A program made the translations under genes and the position numbers. Of a stretch of DNA of 64,000 bases, positions 1-8,882 are shown piece by piece (positions within the stretch are counted from its first letter, which is position 1; each line of letters starts with the position of its first letter). The stretch is from an uncultured Christensenella sp. GTDB lineage: Bacteria > Bacillota > Clostridia > Christensenellales > Borkfalkiaceae. The notes under the pieces were generated by a model that saw nothing but the letters and a program-made list of their open reading frames with translations, ran no database searches and was not told the DNA's origin. The DNA lies in NCBI GenBank assembly GCA_910583545.1, contig CAJTXM010000001.1, positions 72,865 to 136,864 of the forward strand, written 5' to 3'.

Positions 1-1
1 G

Positions 2-238
2 AACGACGCAACGGAAACGGTAGTGGATAACGACGAGAGAACGGTAGAGGTTAAACTTAAACCGCAGCAGTTCGTGAGCAAATATGCGTTCCCGAACCGT
101 GGGAATAAGGCGGTGCTGTATATGGACATTACCGAGAACCGTTCCTATCGTTGGGACGAAATAACGGGGAACTACGTCTGCATCGGTGCGGACTACAGTC
201 AAATAAAAATCATAAACGGAGGCAATGCAAATGGATAA
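2..238 (+). CDS. Phage structural protein, C-terminal fragment (5' end lies outside the window)
   Basis: The frame is open from nt 2. The protein ends ...QIKIINGGNANG, the same I-x-NGGNA ending as the next tail-fibre ORF. It overlaps the next gene by 14 nt, as in phage late operons. Confidence 0.5.
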   Translation, partial: NDATETVVDNDERTVEVKLKPQQFVSKYAFPNRGNKAVLYMDITENRSYRWDEITGNYVCIGADYSQIKIINGGNANG

Positions 239-1298
239 CAACGAAACGGTGGAAAGAGTATTGGAGAGCAGAATTCAACTGCGCAACGATACGGCGGCGA
301 ATTGGGCGACGGTTAATCCCGTTTTGCTCAAAGGTGAAATCGGTATCGAAATTGATACGAGAAAAATCAAGATAGGCGACGGAATTGCATCGTGGGAAAA
401 TTTAAAGTATGTGAGCGACGATATTGTCCTTGCAGAAACAAATCCTACGGATGCGGATACGGATTATGATATCGGCGAGTTATGGCTCAATCAGGCGGAA
501 TATAAATTTTTCGTGCTTATTGCAAAGAGCGAAACGGCGGCTGTATGGAAGCGTATCCCTACGGCGGAAGAACTGGAAGTCGTGGCAGAATCACAGGTAG
601 CACAGAAACTGAAAACGGCAAGGAAGATATCTATTTCGGGCGATGCCGAAGGCGAAACTGAGTTCGACGGCAGCGACGACGCAAACATAGAAATCATCCT
701 TGCGAACAGCGGTACGACGGCGGGTACGTTTACCAAATTCACGGTTAACGAAAAGGGACTGATTATTAAGTCCGAACTGCTTACACCCGAAGATATACCC
801 GAATTAACACTTGCAAAAATTAAGGATGCAGGTACGGCGGCGGCAAGGAACGTCGGCTCGAAAGCGGGCAATCTCGTCGAACTCGGTGCAAATGGAAAGA
901 TAGATAAAAAGTATCTTCCGCCCATTGCAATCACCGAACCGTTTGCTGTGTCGAGCGAAGAAGAAATGCTTGCACTTACGGCTCAAAAAGGCGACGTGGC
1001 AATCCGTTCGGATGAGAGCAAGTCGTACATCCTTAAAAATGCACCCGCTTCGGTTTTGGAGAATTGGCTTGAACTGCAGTCGCCCGATTGCAAAATCAGT
1101 TCAGTCAACGGACAGGTCGGTGCAGTTGTGCTGACCACCGCCGACATCGAGGAAAAGGAAAACCTGTACTACACGGAAGAACGTGCAAAGAATTCTTTCA
1201 CGGAAAACTTCGGACAGACAAGCTCGGCGGATTTAACGGACGGCAAAACGATTTTGCACGAAACGGATACCATTATTCTGAACGGCGGCAACGCATAA
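225..1298 (+). CDS. Phage tail-fibre protein with HylP/Mtd-type N-terminal domain
   Basis: The N-terminus RIQLRNDTAANWATVNPVLLKGEIGIEIDTRKIKIGDGIASWENLKY matches the conserved N-terminal module of phage hyaluronidase HylP and Mtd_N tail fibres. 357 aa, ending TIILNGGNA. Confidence 0.8.
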   Translation: MQMDNNETVERVLESRIQLRNDTAANWATVNPVLLKGEIGIEIDTRKIKIGDGIASWENLKYVSDDIVLAETNPTDADTDYDIGELWLNQAEYKFFVLIAKSETAAVWKRIPTAEELEVVAESQVAQKLKTARKISISGDAEGETEFDGSDDANIEIILANSGTTAGTFTKFTVNEKGLIIKSELLTPEDIPELTLAKIKDAGTAAARNVGSKAGNLVELGANGKIDKKYLPPIAITEPFAVSSEEEMLALTAQKGDVAIRSDESKSYILKNAPASVLENWLELQSPDCKISSVNGQVGAVVLTTADIEEKENLYYTEERAKNSFTENFGQTSSADLTDGKTILHETDTIILNGGNA

Positions 1299-1311
1299 AG
1301 GCGGTGCTGTT

Positions 1312-1644
1312 ATGGCGGAAAAAGAGGTGAATGTCAAAGTCCGCCTGCGGACGGATAGTGCAGTTAATTGGCTTAATGTAAACCCAGTATTACTAAAGGG
1401 TGAAATCGGGGTTGAAGAAGATACTGGGAGAATCAAAATCGGCAACGGTAAATCGTCATGGGCGGTCTTGCCGTATTTTTTTGCGGGGATGAGCAAGCAG
1501 GAAATTCTCGATGCATTCTTCCCGATTAACACTGTGAGGATAACGGTCGGGGATATTAACCCGGCGGATACGCTCGGCGGTGTTTGGCAAAAGGCAGTTG
1601 GAACACAAAGAACCGAATTCACATATTGGGTGCGAATGGAATAG
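1312..1644 (+). CDS. Short phage tail-fibre-like protein with the same N-terminal module
   Basis: VKVRLRTDSAVNWLNVNPVLLKGEIGVEEDTGRIKIGNGKSSWAVLPY repeats the HylP/Mtd-type module of the preceding gene. 110 aa. Confidence 0.7.
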   Translation: MAEKEVNVKVRLRTDSAVNWLNVNPVLLKGEIGVEEDTGRIKIGNGKSSWAVLPYFFAGMSKQEILDAFFPINTVRITVGDINPADTLGGVWQKAVGTQRTEFTYWVRME

Positions 1645-1652
1645 GAGAGTAT

Positions 1653-1949
1653 ATGGCAGCAATTATAATAAGCATAACGTCGAGCATCATCAGCGGGATG
1701 GTGCTTTTTTTCTTGCAGCATTTCTTTAAAAAGAAAGCCAAGAAGGACGAGGAACGGGACGAGGCAAAGAGAAAGGAAAATCTCTTGATACTCAGAAGCA
1801 TAGATGCGGTGGGAAAACTTACCTATGCAGATGCCATCGCCATACGCGATGGGAAGACCAACGGTGAAATGAAATCGGCAATCGAGGCATATAAGAAAGC
1901 CGATGAAGAGATGTACGAGTTTCTGCTCGAGCAAACTACCAAAAATTAA
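1653..1949 (+). CDS. Phage membrane protein of the lysis-cassette neighbourhood, function unknown
   Basis: Start moved to ATG 1653, with AGGAGAG 4 nt upstream. It has an N-terminal TM helix (AAIIISITSSIISGMVLFFLQHFF) followed by a charged helical tail, and sits directly upstream of the holin. Confidence 0.55.
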   Translation: MAAIIISITSSIISGMVLFFLQHFFKKKAKKDEERDEAKRKENLLILRSIDAVGKLTYADAIAIRDGKTNGEMKSAIEAYKKADEEMYEFLLEQTTKN

Positions 1950-1963
1950 GGAGGAAATTAGAA

Positions 1964-2260
1964 ATGGAGTATTTGGAACTTATAAGCGTACCCGCAATCG
2001 CAACCATTGTGTATTGGGTAATCAATATCATTAAATACGCAGTACAGGAAAACGAGAAATTCAAGCGGTTTATTCCGCTGATATCGGCGGCATTAGGCGC
2101 AGTACTCGGAGTTGTGGCTTTCTACGCCTTGCCGAGCATTATCCCGGCGGACAATGTGTGTGTGGCAATTCTTGTCGGCGGCGCAAGCGGTTTAACTGCT
2201 ACGGGTACTAATCAGATTATAAAGCAGCTTACGAAGAAGGATGATGAGGATGGAGAATAA
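1964..2260 (+). CDS. Phage holin (Hol44 / phage_holin_5-like)
   Basis: 98 aa with three hydrophobic segments (LISVPAIATIVYWVINII, FIPLISAALGAVLGVVAFYAL, VCVAILVGGASGLTATG) and a charged tail KKDDEDGE. It follows the tail-fibre genes. Confidence 0.75.
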   Translation: MEYLELISVPAIATIVYWVINIIKYAVQENEKFKRFIPLISAALGAVLGVVAFYALPSIIPADNVCVAILVGGASGLTATGTNQIIKQLTKKDDEDGE

Positions 2261-2378
2261 GGCATTGCAGATTGCCTATGCCAACGCTATCGTTGAGAAA
2301 ATGTGGCTGAAAGGCATCATCAACGATGAAGAAAAGGCGAGAATAAGCGATCTTATTTTGTCAAAAATTCTTTCGTAA
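2250..2378 (+). CDS. 42-aa ORF overlapping the holin stop, unknown function
   Basis: ATG 2250 encodes MENKALQIAYANAIVEKMWLKGIINDEEKARISDLILSKILS, which is below the ORF-track cutoff. It is the last ORF before the terminator. Confidence 0.3.
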   Translation: MENKALQIAYANAIVEKMWLKGIINDEEKARISDLILSKILS

Positions 2379-2421
2379 TTTGGCGCTGTTTCGCTGGGCT
2401 CAATTGAAGTTTTACGGTATG

Positions 2422-2461
2422 TTTGTCCTACCCACGGGAAATGGGTAGGACAAATTTTTTT
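2422..2461 (+). terminator. Rho-independent terminator ending the phage late operon
   Basis: 13-bp stem TTTGTCCTACCCA / TGGGTAGGACAAA with a 7-nt loop, followed by a T7 run. Confidence 0.85.
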
Positions 2462-2512
2462 AAGCTACATTCAAGTCCGAAAAATAATAGGTGTAGTTGT
2501 AAGGAGGTAAAA

Positions 2513-4018
2513 ATGGCAAAGCAAAGAGCAGTAGCATACTGTCGAGTATCAAGCAAAAGCAAGGCGCAAATGCACAGCTTAGGATATCAGACAGACTATT
2601 GGCAAAGAGCAATGGCGGAAAGCAACGAATACGAGTTTGTCGGAATCTATGCAGACTCAGGCATAAGCGGACGTTCGACGCATAAACGACCGCAGATCCT
2701 AAGATTGCTGGCAGACGCTAAGGAAAAGCGATTCGATGTCGTATTCACAAAATCTGTAGCAAGATTTGCAAGGAATACGGAAGAACTGCTGTCAATGGTG
2801 CGAGAACTTAGAGATGAGGGAATAAAGGTAATCTTTGAAAAAGAAAAGATTGATACATTTAACCCGAACAGCGAAGTATTCCTAACAATCGCCGCATCAG
2901 TAGCCGAAAACGACCTGAAAATCTATTCGCAAAACCAAACGTGGGCTATGCGTGAAAAGTACAAAAACGGCTATATCAGCATAGGGGCAAAGATACTCGG
3001 CTATCGGATGAGGAAAGAGGATAACACCCTCATCGTAGAGCCAAGCGAGGCTGAAGTAGTAAAAAGAATTTTTTATATGTATATCCACGGGAAAGGGATA
3101 CTCGCCATAGCCAAGCAACTAACGGCTGAAAAGGTGGGGCTTGATTATAGCAACCACGGAAAATGGAGCCGTGGTGCAATTCATTACATCCTGAACAACG
3201 AAAAGTATATAGGCTGTGCATTAATGCAAAAGTTTTATAATGTGGACGGAATATGCCGAAAGAATAGAGGCGAAGTCAAGCAGTATTTTATGGAAAATAC
3301 GCACGAACCCATTATATCAGTAGAAGATTTTCAAAAAGTGCAAGAATTGATGAGGGGAAGGGCATGTGAATGCGAAATAGGTGTAGCACGAAAAAATTAT
3401 GAATTTACGGGGAAGATTAAATGCGGATGCTGTGGTGGGAATTATATACGAAAAGTTCAGAACTGCGGAAAGCCATACGAAGTTGTGGTTTGGGTATGCA
3501 GTAAAAAAGACACCTTTGGGGCTGAGAACTGCATCGGTACTCGCATAAAAGACTGTGTCCTGAAAGATAAATTCGTAGAGTGCTATAACGAATTCATAGC
3601 ATTGAAAGGTGAGGGCGATACGATATCAGTGTTGAATCGGCAGCTATCGTGGCTGCTGGAACAAGAAAGAGAGTTAAATGCTCTTAAAGTTAATAGAATG
3701 ATAGAAATTGCCGACTATAATGCGGAATGGAAGACCGTGAAAGAGCAAATCGATGAAATTAATAAGCAGATAGAAAAACAGACTGTCCGCAAACTTAATA
3801 AATCGGATTTAGTCCCGATAACCGAATACGATAAGGAGAAGGTCGAAATATTCTTGGATTATGTGGTGATGACTCCGAAGAAAATCACATTCGTATTTAT
3901 TAACGGAGTTGAAATCAGCCGAGAATATACTAACGGCGCATCAGGGAACACAAAAGGTTGGTACGACCGAAGGATGGCAAGATTGGCAAGGGAAAAGGAG
4001 GTAGCCGATGGCAATTAA
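2513..4018 (+). CDS. Large serine recombinase
   Basis: Start moved to ATG 2513, with AAGGAGG upstream. Resolvase catalytic domain AVAYCRVSSKS...DSGISG...VFTKSVARFARNT, then a recombinase domain, a Cys-rich zinc ribbon (CGCCGGNY...VWVCSKK) and a coiled coil. Confidence 0.9.
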   Translation: MAKQRAVAYCRVSSKSKAQMHSLGYQTDYWQRAMAESNEYEFVGIYADSGISGRSTHKRPQILRLLADAKEKRFDVVFTKSVARFARNTEELLSMVRELRDEGIKVIFEKEKIDTFNPNSEVFLTIAASVAENDLKIYSQNQTWAMREKYKNGYISIGAKILGYRMRKEDNTLIVEPSEAEVVKRIFYMYIHGKGILAIAKQLTAEKVGLDYSNHGKWSRGAIHYILNNEKYIGCALMQKFYNVDGICRKNRGEVKQYFMENTHEPIISVEDFQKVQELMRGRACECEIGVARKNYEFTGKIKCGCCGGNYIRKVQNCGKPYEVVVWVCSKKDTFGAENCIGTRIKDCVLKDKFVECYNEFIALKGEGDTISVLNRQLSWLLEQERELNALKVNRMIEIADYNAEWKTVKEQIDEINKQIEKQTVRKLNKSDLVPITEYDKEKVEIFLDYVVMTPKKITFVFINGVEISREYTNGASGNTKGWYDRRMARLAREKEVADGN

Positions 4019-5594
4019 TAATAGGGTGGTGCAAGAGCGTCCCGTCTTATTCCGTCCAAATATGACGGCGGTTACAGCAAAAGAGAAGGTAACCTATTAT
4101 GCTCGAGTAAGCACAGAAAACGACGAGCAAGAGGACTCCTATGAGCGCCAGAAAGAACACTTTGAAGAAAAGATTATGGCGAATCCTAAATGGGAGTATG
4201 TGCCGGGGTATGCGGACTGGGGTGTAACAGGTACAAAGGCGGAGGCAAGAAAGAACTTCATGCGCATGATAGACGATTGCCGAGCTGGAAAGATAAACCG
4301 CATACTTGTCAAATCTATATCAAGATTCGCGCGAAATACGGTGGATACCTTAATGTACATCCGAGAGCTGAGGGAGAGGGGAATTAGTGTGTTCTTCGAA
4401 ACACAAAATATCGATACAATGTCTGCAAGCGGTGATGTGCTAATAACAATCTTGGCTGCGATGGCTGAACAAGAAAGTCGCACCATGTCAACCAATATTA
4501 AATGGGCATATCAAAAGAGGTTTAAAGACGGTCAGGTATTAATCAACCCTTGCACCCTTGGGTATAAAAAGGAAGGCGACGAATATGCTATCGTCGAGGA
4601 AGAAGCCGAAATTATACGAATGGTATTCCGCAACTACCTCGCAGGCGATTCCGTTAGACAGATTGCGGATTCTCTGAATGCGGAAGGATATGTGACAAGG
4701 AAAGGACATCAGTTCAAGCCTAACTCAATCCTCAATATCCTCGCAAACGAAAAATACACAGGTAATGCGATACTCGGAAAGACTTTCAAACCTGATGTAC
4801 TGTCTAAGCATCGAGTAAAGAACGAAGGGCAAGCACCGAGCTATTATGTAGAGAATAGTCATCCAGCAATCATCAGTCAGGAACTGTTCGATATGGTACA
4901 AGCAGAAAAAGAAAGACGCAAAAACCTCCGCTCAACCGTAAAAACGGGCAAGGGAAAGTACAGCAGAAAATATGTGCTGAGCGGATTGCTGGTCTGTGCA
5001 AACTGCGGGGCGAAGTTCAGACGAAACGGACGCACGGTTGCATCTGGGGAATTTATTCCTACATGGGTATGCATTACTCATCAAAAAGACCAGCAGTCAT
5101 GTAAAATGCGACCGCTGAAAGAGAAAGATATATATGCCGCATACGAGAGGGCAGTCAAGCGATTGCTGGGCGAAACCGATGGATTAATGGACATAATTAA
5201 GCAAACGACTCTCGAAGGAATGAACATAGAGCAACCCGAAGACATAGAGGAAATCCGCAAAGCTCTAATGCAAGCGAGAAAGGCGGTGCTGGACTTGTTC
5301 AAGGCAAAGAGAGATGGCGATGTGTCATTGGAAGAATACGAGCGGAAATATTCAGAATTCAGTCAGCAGATTGTTGACCTTGAAGAAAGAGAGAAAAATG
5401 TGCATGCTCAAAATCTTCAATGCCAGCTGGCGCAAAAGCGGTTGCAAGATGCATACGAACTTATAGACGAGGCAAGATCGAATTGCACCGATAAAGACGT
5501 AATGCGAAAATTACTCGATGCAATAAAGGTAATTAGTAAGCATGAGTTAGAGTTCCAGTTCAACTGCGGTATTGACATTAAGGAAACCGTTTAG
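4008..5594 (+). CDS. Large serine recombinase (second of an overlapping pair)
   Basis: VTYYARVSTENDEQEDSYERQ...DWGVTG...LVKSISRFARNT, with Cys cluster CANCGAKF...WVCITH. It overlaps the upstream gene by 11 nt. Confidence 0.9.
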   Translation: MAINNRVVQERPVLFRPNMTAVTAKEKVTYYARVSTENDEQEDSYERQKEHFEEKIMANPKWEYVPGYADWGVTGTKAEARKNFMRMIDDCRAGKINRILVKSISRFARNTVDTLMYIRELRERGISVFFETQNIDTMSASGDVLITILAAMAEQESRTMSTNIKWAYQKRFKDGQVLINPCTLGYKKEGDEYAIVEEEAEIIRMVFRNYLAGDSVRQIADSLNAEGYVTRKGHQFKPNSILNILANEKYTGNAILGKTFKPDVLSKHRVKNEGQAPSYYVENSHPAIISQELFDMVQAEKERRKNLRSTVKTGKGKYSRKYVLSGLLVCANCGAKFRRNGRTVASGEFIPTWVCITHQKDQQSCKMRPLKEKDIYAAYERAVKRLLGETDGLMDIIKQTTLEGMNIEQPEDIEEIRKALMQARKAVLDLFKAKRDGDVSLEEYERKYSEFSQQIVDLEEREKNVHAQNLQCQLAQKRLQDAYELIDEARSNCTDKDVMRKLLDAIKVISKHELEFQFNCGIDIKETV

Positions 5595-5703
5595 TGAATA
5601 GCAGAGTGGGGTTATATATAAATAATACCACTCGGCATTCGTATGCTTGACAGACGAACAGAAAAGGTGGTAGAAAGAAAAAAACTGCCTTAATGGAGGT
5701 CGT

Positions 5704-6708
5704 ATGTCGGCAGCGGAAATTGTTCAAATAGTTATCGGCGCATTATCATTGATAGCAACGGTTGCGGTATCGTTTTTCATCTATTGGTTGCAAAGTAGAC
5801 ATGAAAAGGAAATGGCTAAGATAGAAGAAAAGCATCGCCAAGAAAAGTTGGCTGAGGAAGCTAACAATTTCTTGATAGACCATGAAGATGAGAGAGATTA
5901 TCTACCTTGGTGTACAATTGCAACCAATCAGCATCAGCATGAACGGCATAACCGAAAGATATACACGGATTTCTGCCGTTGCTCTGTTGAGCTACAAAAC
6001 AAGATTTTGGAAATGGCAGAGTTTACGGTTAGGACTATCAAAGACACCGATTGGGTAGATACTGCATTTGAAAAGCTGGAAAAAGATATTGATTGTTATA
6101 AATTGGGTGAACAGCCGTTTCTTTATGAGGGGGCGAAATACTTCCATCGAGCATTTACTCTATATCGAGAAAATGAATTTGAAGAGAATTATAAAAGAGA
6201 ACTAAAAGCTATTTATAAAACAATTCAGTTATTTATAGTAAAGGAAGAAGAAAGGAACAGGGTTAGCCTTAGAACTTATATTGAACAGTATTTTGATTAT
6301 GTGTTGGGCGAGATACGAAAGGAAAATATTGAGTGGGAAGAACCTTTACCGCCTGTTGATTATGCCTGGGAACATTATCATCTGGGTTATGCGCCAGAAG
6401 AAGACGTGTGTTATTGGGTAATGGAACTTGTTCTAAACTTTGTTGTCAATATTCATAATAGATTTGGTACAACCGTTTTTGATAGCATAATACATGACAA
6501 TGCAACTGATGCGCAAGCTGAAACTTATGAAGATAGGTACTATGATATTCTTTATTGGATGTATTATACATATTGCTATAAGGCTGGAGAAAAAGAGGGA
6601 ATAGAATTAGAATCGAAGAAAAAGAAAGTGAAGAAACCAAAGGCGACAAGGAAACAAAAAGTTAAAAAGGATAAGAAAAAATCGAAAAAAGGGGTTGACA
6701 AATCCTAA
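5704..6708 (+). CDS. Membrane-anchored protein with a polybasic C-terminal tail, unknown function
   Basis: GGAGG RBS. One N-terminal TM helix (IVQIVIGALSLIATVAVSFFIYWL), a soluble domain of about 270 aa with no motif I recognise, and the tail KKKKVKKPKATRKQKVKKDKKKSKKG. Confidence 0.7.
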   Translation: MSAAEIVQIVIGALSLIATVAVSFFIYWLQSRHEKEMAKIEEKHRQEKLAEEANNFLIDHEDERDYLPWCTIATNQHQHERHNRKIYTDFCRCSVELQNKILEMAEFTVRTIKDTDWVDTAFEKLEKDIDCYKLGEQPFLYEGAKYFHRAFTLYRENEFEENYKRELKAIYKTIQLFIVKEEERNRVSLRTYIEQYFDYVLGEIRKENIEWEEPLPPVDYAWEHYHLGYAPEEDVCYWVMELVLNFVVNIHNRFGTTVFDSIIHDNATDAQAETYEDRYYDILYWMYYTYCYKAGEKEGIELESKKKKVKKPKATRKQKVKKDKKKSKKGVDKS

Positions 6709-6776
6709 AAATATGATATACTACAACGATTTGGCGCAGAAGCGTGAAATGGCGGCATGGGCGAAAGGAGAGTAGT

Positions 6777-7472
6777 ATGTTTGAATACGTTACAAAAGCA
6801 GAGTACAAACCAGTTAAACAGGAGCTTGAGAAAATAATCAATCAAGTTCAAGCCGTAATGCGTAAGAAATACGAAACAACCTTTCAGTTCAGCCTGATAG
6901 GGAGCGGCAAAAGGCATCTTGTAACTCGCATTGTCGGCGGAAACGGCGGTTATGATTTTGATTATAATTTGATAATCTCTGCGCCGAAGTCAGGATACCA
7001 CTATAAAGCGGATGTTGTAAAACAGCAGTTTATGGATGCTTTCAGGACTGTATTGAAAAATACGAAATATAAAGATCCGCAAGATTCAACGTCGGCTATA
7101 ACGATAAAAGTTGTTGATAAACAGAAAAGCCGTATAGAACATAGCTGTGATTTTGCGATAATTTATTACGATAGCAATCGTAGCGAAAACGGGTATTATT
7201 ACTTAAGGCATGACAAACGGCAAGAAAGCTATGACTTTGTATTCAGGAATTTGAGCCGTGATGTTGATGCAAAGGTTGATGAAATACTTGAATTTAACAA
7301 CGGCTGGAATGCGATCCGTGACGAGTATTTAAAATTAAAAAATGCCAATCGGGATAACAACAAGCATTCGTTCTCGCTCTATCTTGAAGCAGTAAATAAC
7401 GTTTATAATCGCTTACCCGATGAAGATGATTATTATGATGAAGACGATGATGACGATTACTATGATGATTAA
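6777..7472 (+). CDS. Minimal Pol-beta-superfamily nucleotidyltransferase with a polyacidic Asp/Tyr tail
   Basis: Start moved to ATG 6777, with AAAGGAGAG upstream. Signature LIGSGK...GGYDFDYNLII (G-S ... D-x-D) plus a third acidic strand HSCDFAIIYY. The C-terminus is DEDDYYDEDDDDDYYDD. Confidence 0.65.
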   Translation: MFEYVTKAEYKPVKQELEKIINQVQAVMRKKYETTFQFSLIGSGKRHLVTRIVGGNGGYDFDYNLIISAPKSGYHYKADVVKQQFMDAFRTVLKNTKYKDPQDSTSAITIKVVDKQKSRIEHSCDFAIIYYDSNRSENGYYYLRHDKRQESYDFVFRNLSRDVDAKVDEILEFNNGWNAIRDEYLKLKNANRDNNKHSFSLYLEAVNNVYNRLPDEDDYYDEDDDDDYYDD

Positions 7473-7492
7473 TTCCTGGGGAAGGTCTTAAA

Positions 7493-8875
7493 ATGAAAGT
7501 ATTATCAACAAGGCTTGAGCTCATAAACGAGTTCAACGAAAAAGAAATGAACTCGGTCATCATCCGATGGCTGAAAGGCAACGAGCCATGCAAGGCGATC
7601 GGAACGGAATATGAGAACACCGTCGATAAAAGTGCGGTTCACCTAACCGACGAATATTGCCTAATCGATACGTTCAAAACAAGGAATGAAAGTGGTGACT
7701 ACTTTCTATTCAAATTTGAACAAACCTATTACGAGCAAATTTGGATAACCGAGATAATTCTGAAATCCACGGATGCGGAAAAGGTTTTATACATACACGT
7801 AAAATGTAATGGCGATACAACAAGATTTGAAAAAGTGCCGATTATCCGTACAGACATAATTCGGGCGTTTATAGACAGTAAGTACATAAAGCCAACTGCT
7901 ATCCCAATAACGGCGCAGCCAGTATATACGACGGAAGAGATGAAAGACCTGATCGTCGATGCGGTAAACGGTAACTACCAACTAACGATGCCAATGGTGT
8001 TCGCAACTAAGATATTCGATAGTGCTGGGTATGAAATAGACATTGATAACCTTGCTCGACGGCTGGCTGGTATGGCGTACATCGTAGCTGAGAACGAAGA
8101 TGGGTATGCTCGAAGCCTGAAAGATAAAACCAACGGGAATAACCCATACAACGGGCATGTAGCGATATACTACCCAGGCAGAGGAAAATCAAAAAATCTA
8201 ACGCCACGAAGTGCGCTCGGCTGGGGTACGCTGGATAAAATGATACTAAATGAAGTCGCTCAATATATGACAGCACAGGTAGATGCGGAAGCACCAACAT
8301 GGAAAGGGTTACACGTTGAGCGAATGACGGATGAAGTAAAAGTTAAAAGTGAGTTATTAGATGAATTTGATGCGGAGAATGGTTCGCTTGAAGAGCAGTT
8401 AAGCCAAGCGAAACGGCGAATAGCGACATTGACTGCAAGGATTGAAGTGTTAGAACAAGGGCAGACGGCTGAAGGCGGTTTGCTCACCATGACTGATAAA
8501 AATGAGTTTTATGATTATGAACAATACGACTTAATAATGACGATACTGACTAATGCCTTACAAAATTATGCCGAAGATACGAGAGCATACGAGCTATTAA
8601 AGGCAACCATAGACGATAATCCCGTCAAGGGATATGGCAAAGAAATCTTCGAGAGGATAAAGCAGATATTCTCCCGAGGTGAAGGGATAAAGGACAAGGA
8701 GTTTGCCGAGCTGCGTGAGCTTGGGTTTGAAGTGGTAAGCGAAAAGAACCATTACAAAATCGTGTTCAAAGGCGATGAAAAGTATTGGTTTCCCATCTCG
8801 AAAACGCCGAGCGACGGGCGTAGCGGTAAGAATCTTGCGTCTAATATCATAAAAAGGCTGTCAATATATAAGTAA
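7493..8875 (+). CDS. 460-aa protein with a central coiled coil, unknown function
   Basis: Starts 20 nt after the NTase stop. Coiled-coil segment EEQLSQAKRRIATLTARIEVLEQ. The C-terminal 55 aa show a HicA/YcfA-like pattern (see findings). A terminator follows. Confidence 0.7.
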   Translation: MKVLSTRLELINEFNEKEMNSVIIRWLKGNEPCKAIGTEYENTVDKSAVHLTDEYCLIDTFKTRNESGDYFLFKFEQTYYEQIWITEIILKSTDAEKVLYIHVKCNGDTTRFEKVPIIRTDIIRAFIDSKYIKPTAIPITAQPVYTTEEMKDLIVDAVNGNYQLTMPMVFATKIFDSAGYEIDIDNLARRLAGMAYIVAENEDGYARSLKDKTNGNNPYNGHVAIYYPGRGKSKNLTPRSALGWGTLDKMILNEVAQYMTAQVDAEAPTWKGLHVERMTDEVKVKSELLDEFDAENGSLEEQLSQAKRRIATLTARIEVLEQGQTAEGGLLTMTDKNEFYDYEQYDLIMTILTNALQNYAEDTRAYELLKATIDDNPVKGYGKEIFERIKQIFSRGEGIKDKEFAELRELGFEVVSEKNHYKIVFKGDEKYWFPISKTPSDGRSGKNLASNIIKRLSIYK

Positions 8876-8882
8876 ATAAAAG

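Noticed and set aside
225-1644. Diversity-generating retroelement, suggested by the Mtd-type tail-fibre domain
   Set aside because: Only the conserved N-terminal anchor module is present. No reverse transcriptase, template/variable repeat pair or C-type-lectin end is visible in the window.
1233-1934. 233-aa minus-strand ORF across the tail-fibre and membrane-protein genes
   Set aside because: It spans three plus-strand genes that have recognisable phage motifs and RBSs, and it has no features of its own.
2423-2512. N-terminal extensions in the ORF track (2423, 6744, 15400, 16986, 17812, 30235, 43746, 52763, 57175)
   Set aside because: In each case an internal ATG with a proper GGAGG-type RBS coincides with the start of the conserved domain. 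The extension runs through terminators or intergenic motifs.
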